From Eledone cirrhosa (taxonomy: Eukaryota): a stretch of DNA of 64,000 bases. Positions 63,587-64,000 of this stretch are shown here, piece after piece; the stretch's first letter is position 1, and every line of letters begins with the position of its first letter. Where the stretch lies: positions 43,028,001-43,092,000 of the forward strand of contig OZ024745.1 of the NCBI GenBank assembly GCA_964016885.1, read 5' to 3'. Under the pieces are notes generated by a model. The model saw only the letters and a list, made by a program, of their open reading frames with translations, searched no databases and was not told the DNA's origin. The position numbers and the translations under genes are program-made.

Positions 63587-63791
63587 TTAACCCTTTAGCA
63601 TTTACATTACTCTATATATACTATTGTATTTTTGTGGTAAAAGCTTATCTCACATAATATTGAATCTATGAGATTTTGATATTATTTATTTTGAGAACAA
63701 TACCTTAACATCAGTATGAGTGGCCAGTTATAACAGAAAGAGGTGAGAGTATTCTGACCGGATACAACCAGTTTAAATGCTAAAGGGTTAA
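63587..63791. mobile_element. TTAA MITE
   Basis: Copy of 30081-30286 with intact TTAACCCTTTAGCATTTA ends. Confidence 0.82.
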
Positions 63792-64000
63792 GTATATATT
63801 CTTGGTGTATAAGGGGATACATGTGAGTGTGTGTGGCTACAAGAAACTTTTCATTTTCAATCTTTTAACCTTTTACAATTACTTTAACATTCTTGTAGTG
63901 CCCATATCTTCTGTAGGTGATTGAAAGCTCTCAAACTGGCCAACAGGAGGGAAAAGAAGCATAAAAAAAAGAGAAGATAAAAAATGGAAAACAAGGTCAC

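Noticed and set aside
59690-64000. N-terminal hexosaminidase exons
   Set aside because: No signal peptide or WP.P motif exon found; the region is mostly repeats, so these exons probably lie beyond the window

Overview
AT-rich, repeat-dense metazoan genomic DNA. The SINE, RTE and microsatellite content suggests an octopus or other coleoid cephalopod (inference). Two intron-rich genes lie in tandem on the minus strand. The first is the 3' ten coding exons of a GH20 beta-hexosaminidase (HEXA/HEXB co-orthologue, 59686->39555; earlier exons not found here), with an apparent +1 frameshift in an A8 run. The second is a DEDDy 3'-5' exonuclease of the EXD3/mut-7/Nibbler family (12 in-frame coding exons, 27603->8015, ~438 codons, probable promoter near 34.1 kb), which seems shortened at the N-terminus and has no visible MUT7-C domain. 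Introns contain RTE LINEs, CORE- and Meta-type tRNA SINEs, CR1/L2 tails, a Chapaev3 transposon, mariner, Penelope, CRE-like and Gypsy fragments, TTAA MITEs, a Helitron-like element and minisatellites. The most notable feature is a non-coding ~0.51-kb-unit repeat at 9.5-11.5 kb carrying a type I hammerhead ribozyme, arranged as an inverted partial copy plus ~1.5 tandem copies. The 5' junction of the tandem block falls on the predicted self-cleavage site, and the core has a non-canonical GCC triplet. A second, fossil pair of minimal hammerheads forms a palindrome at 0.3-0.75 kb. All calls were made by eye, without searches.
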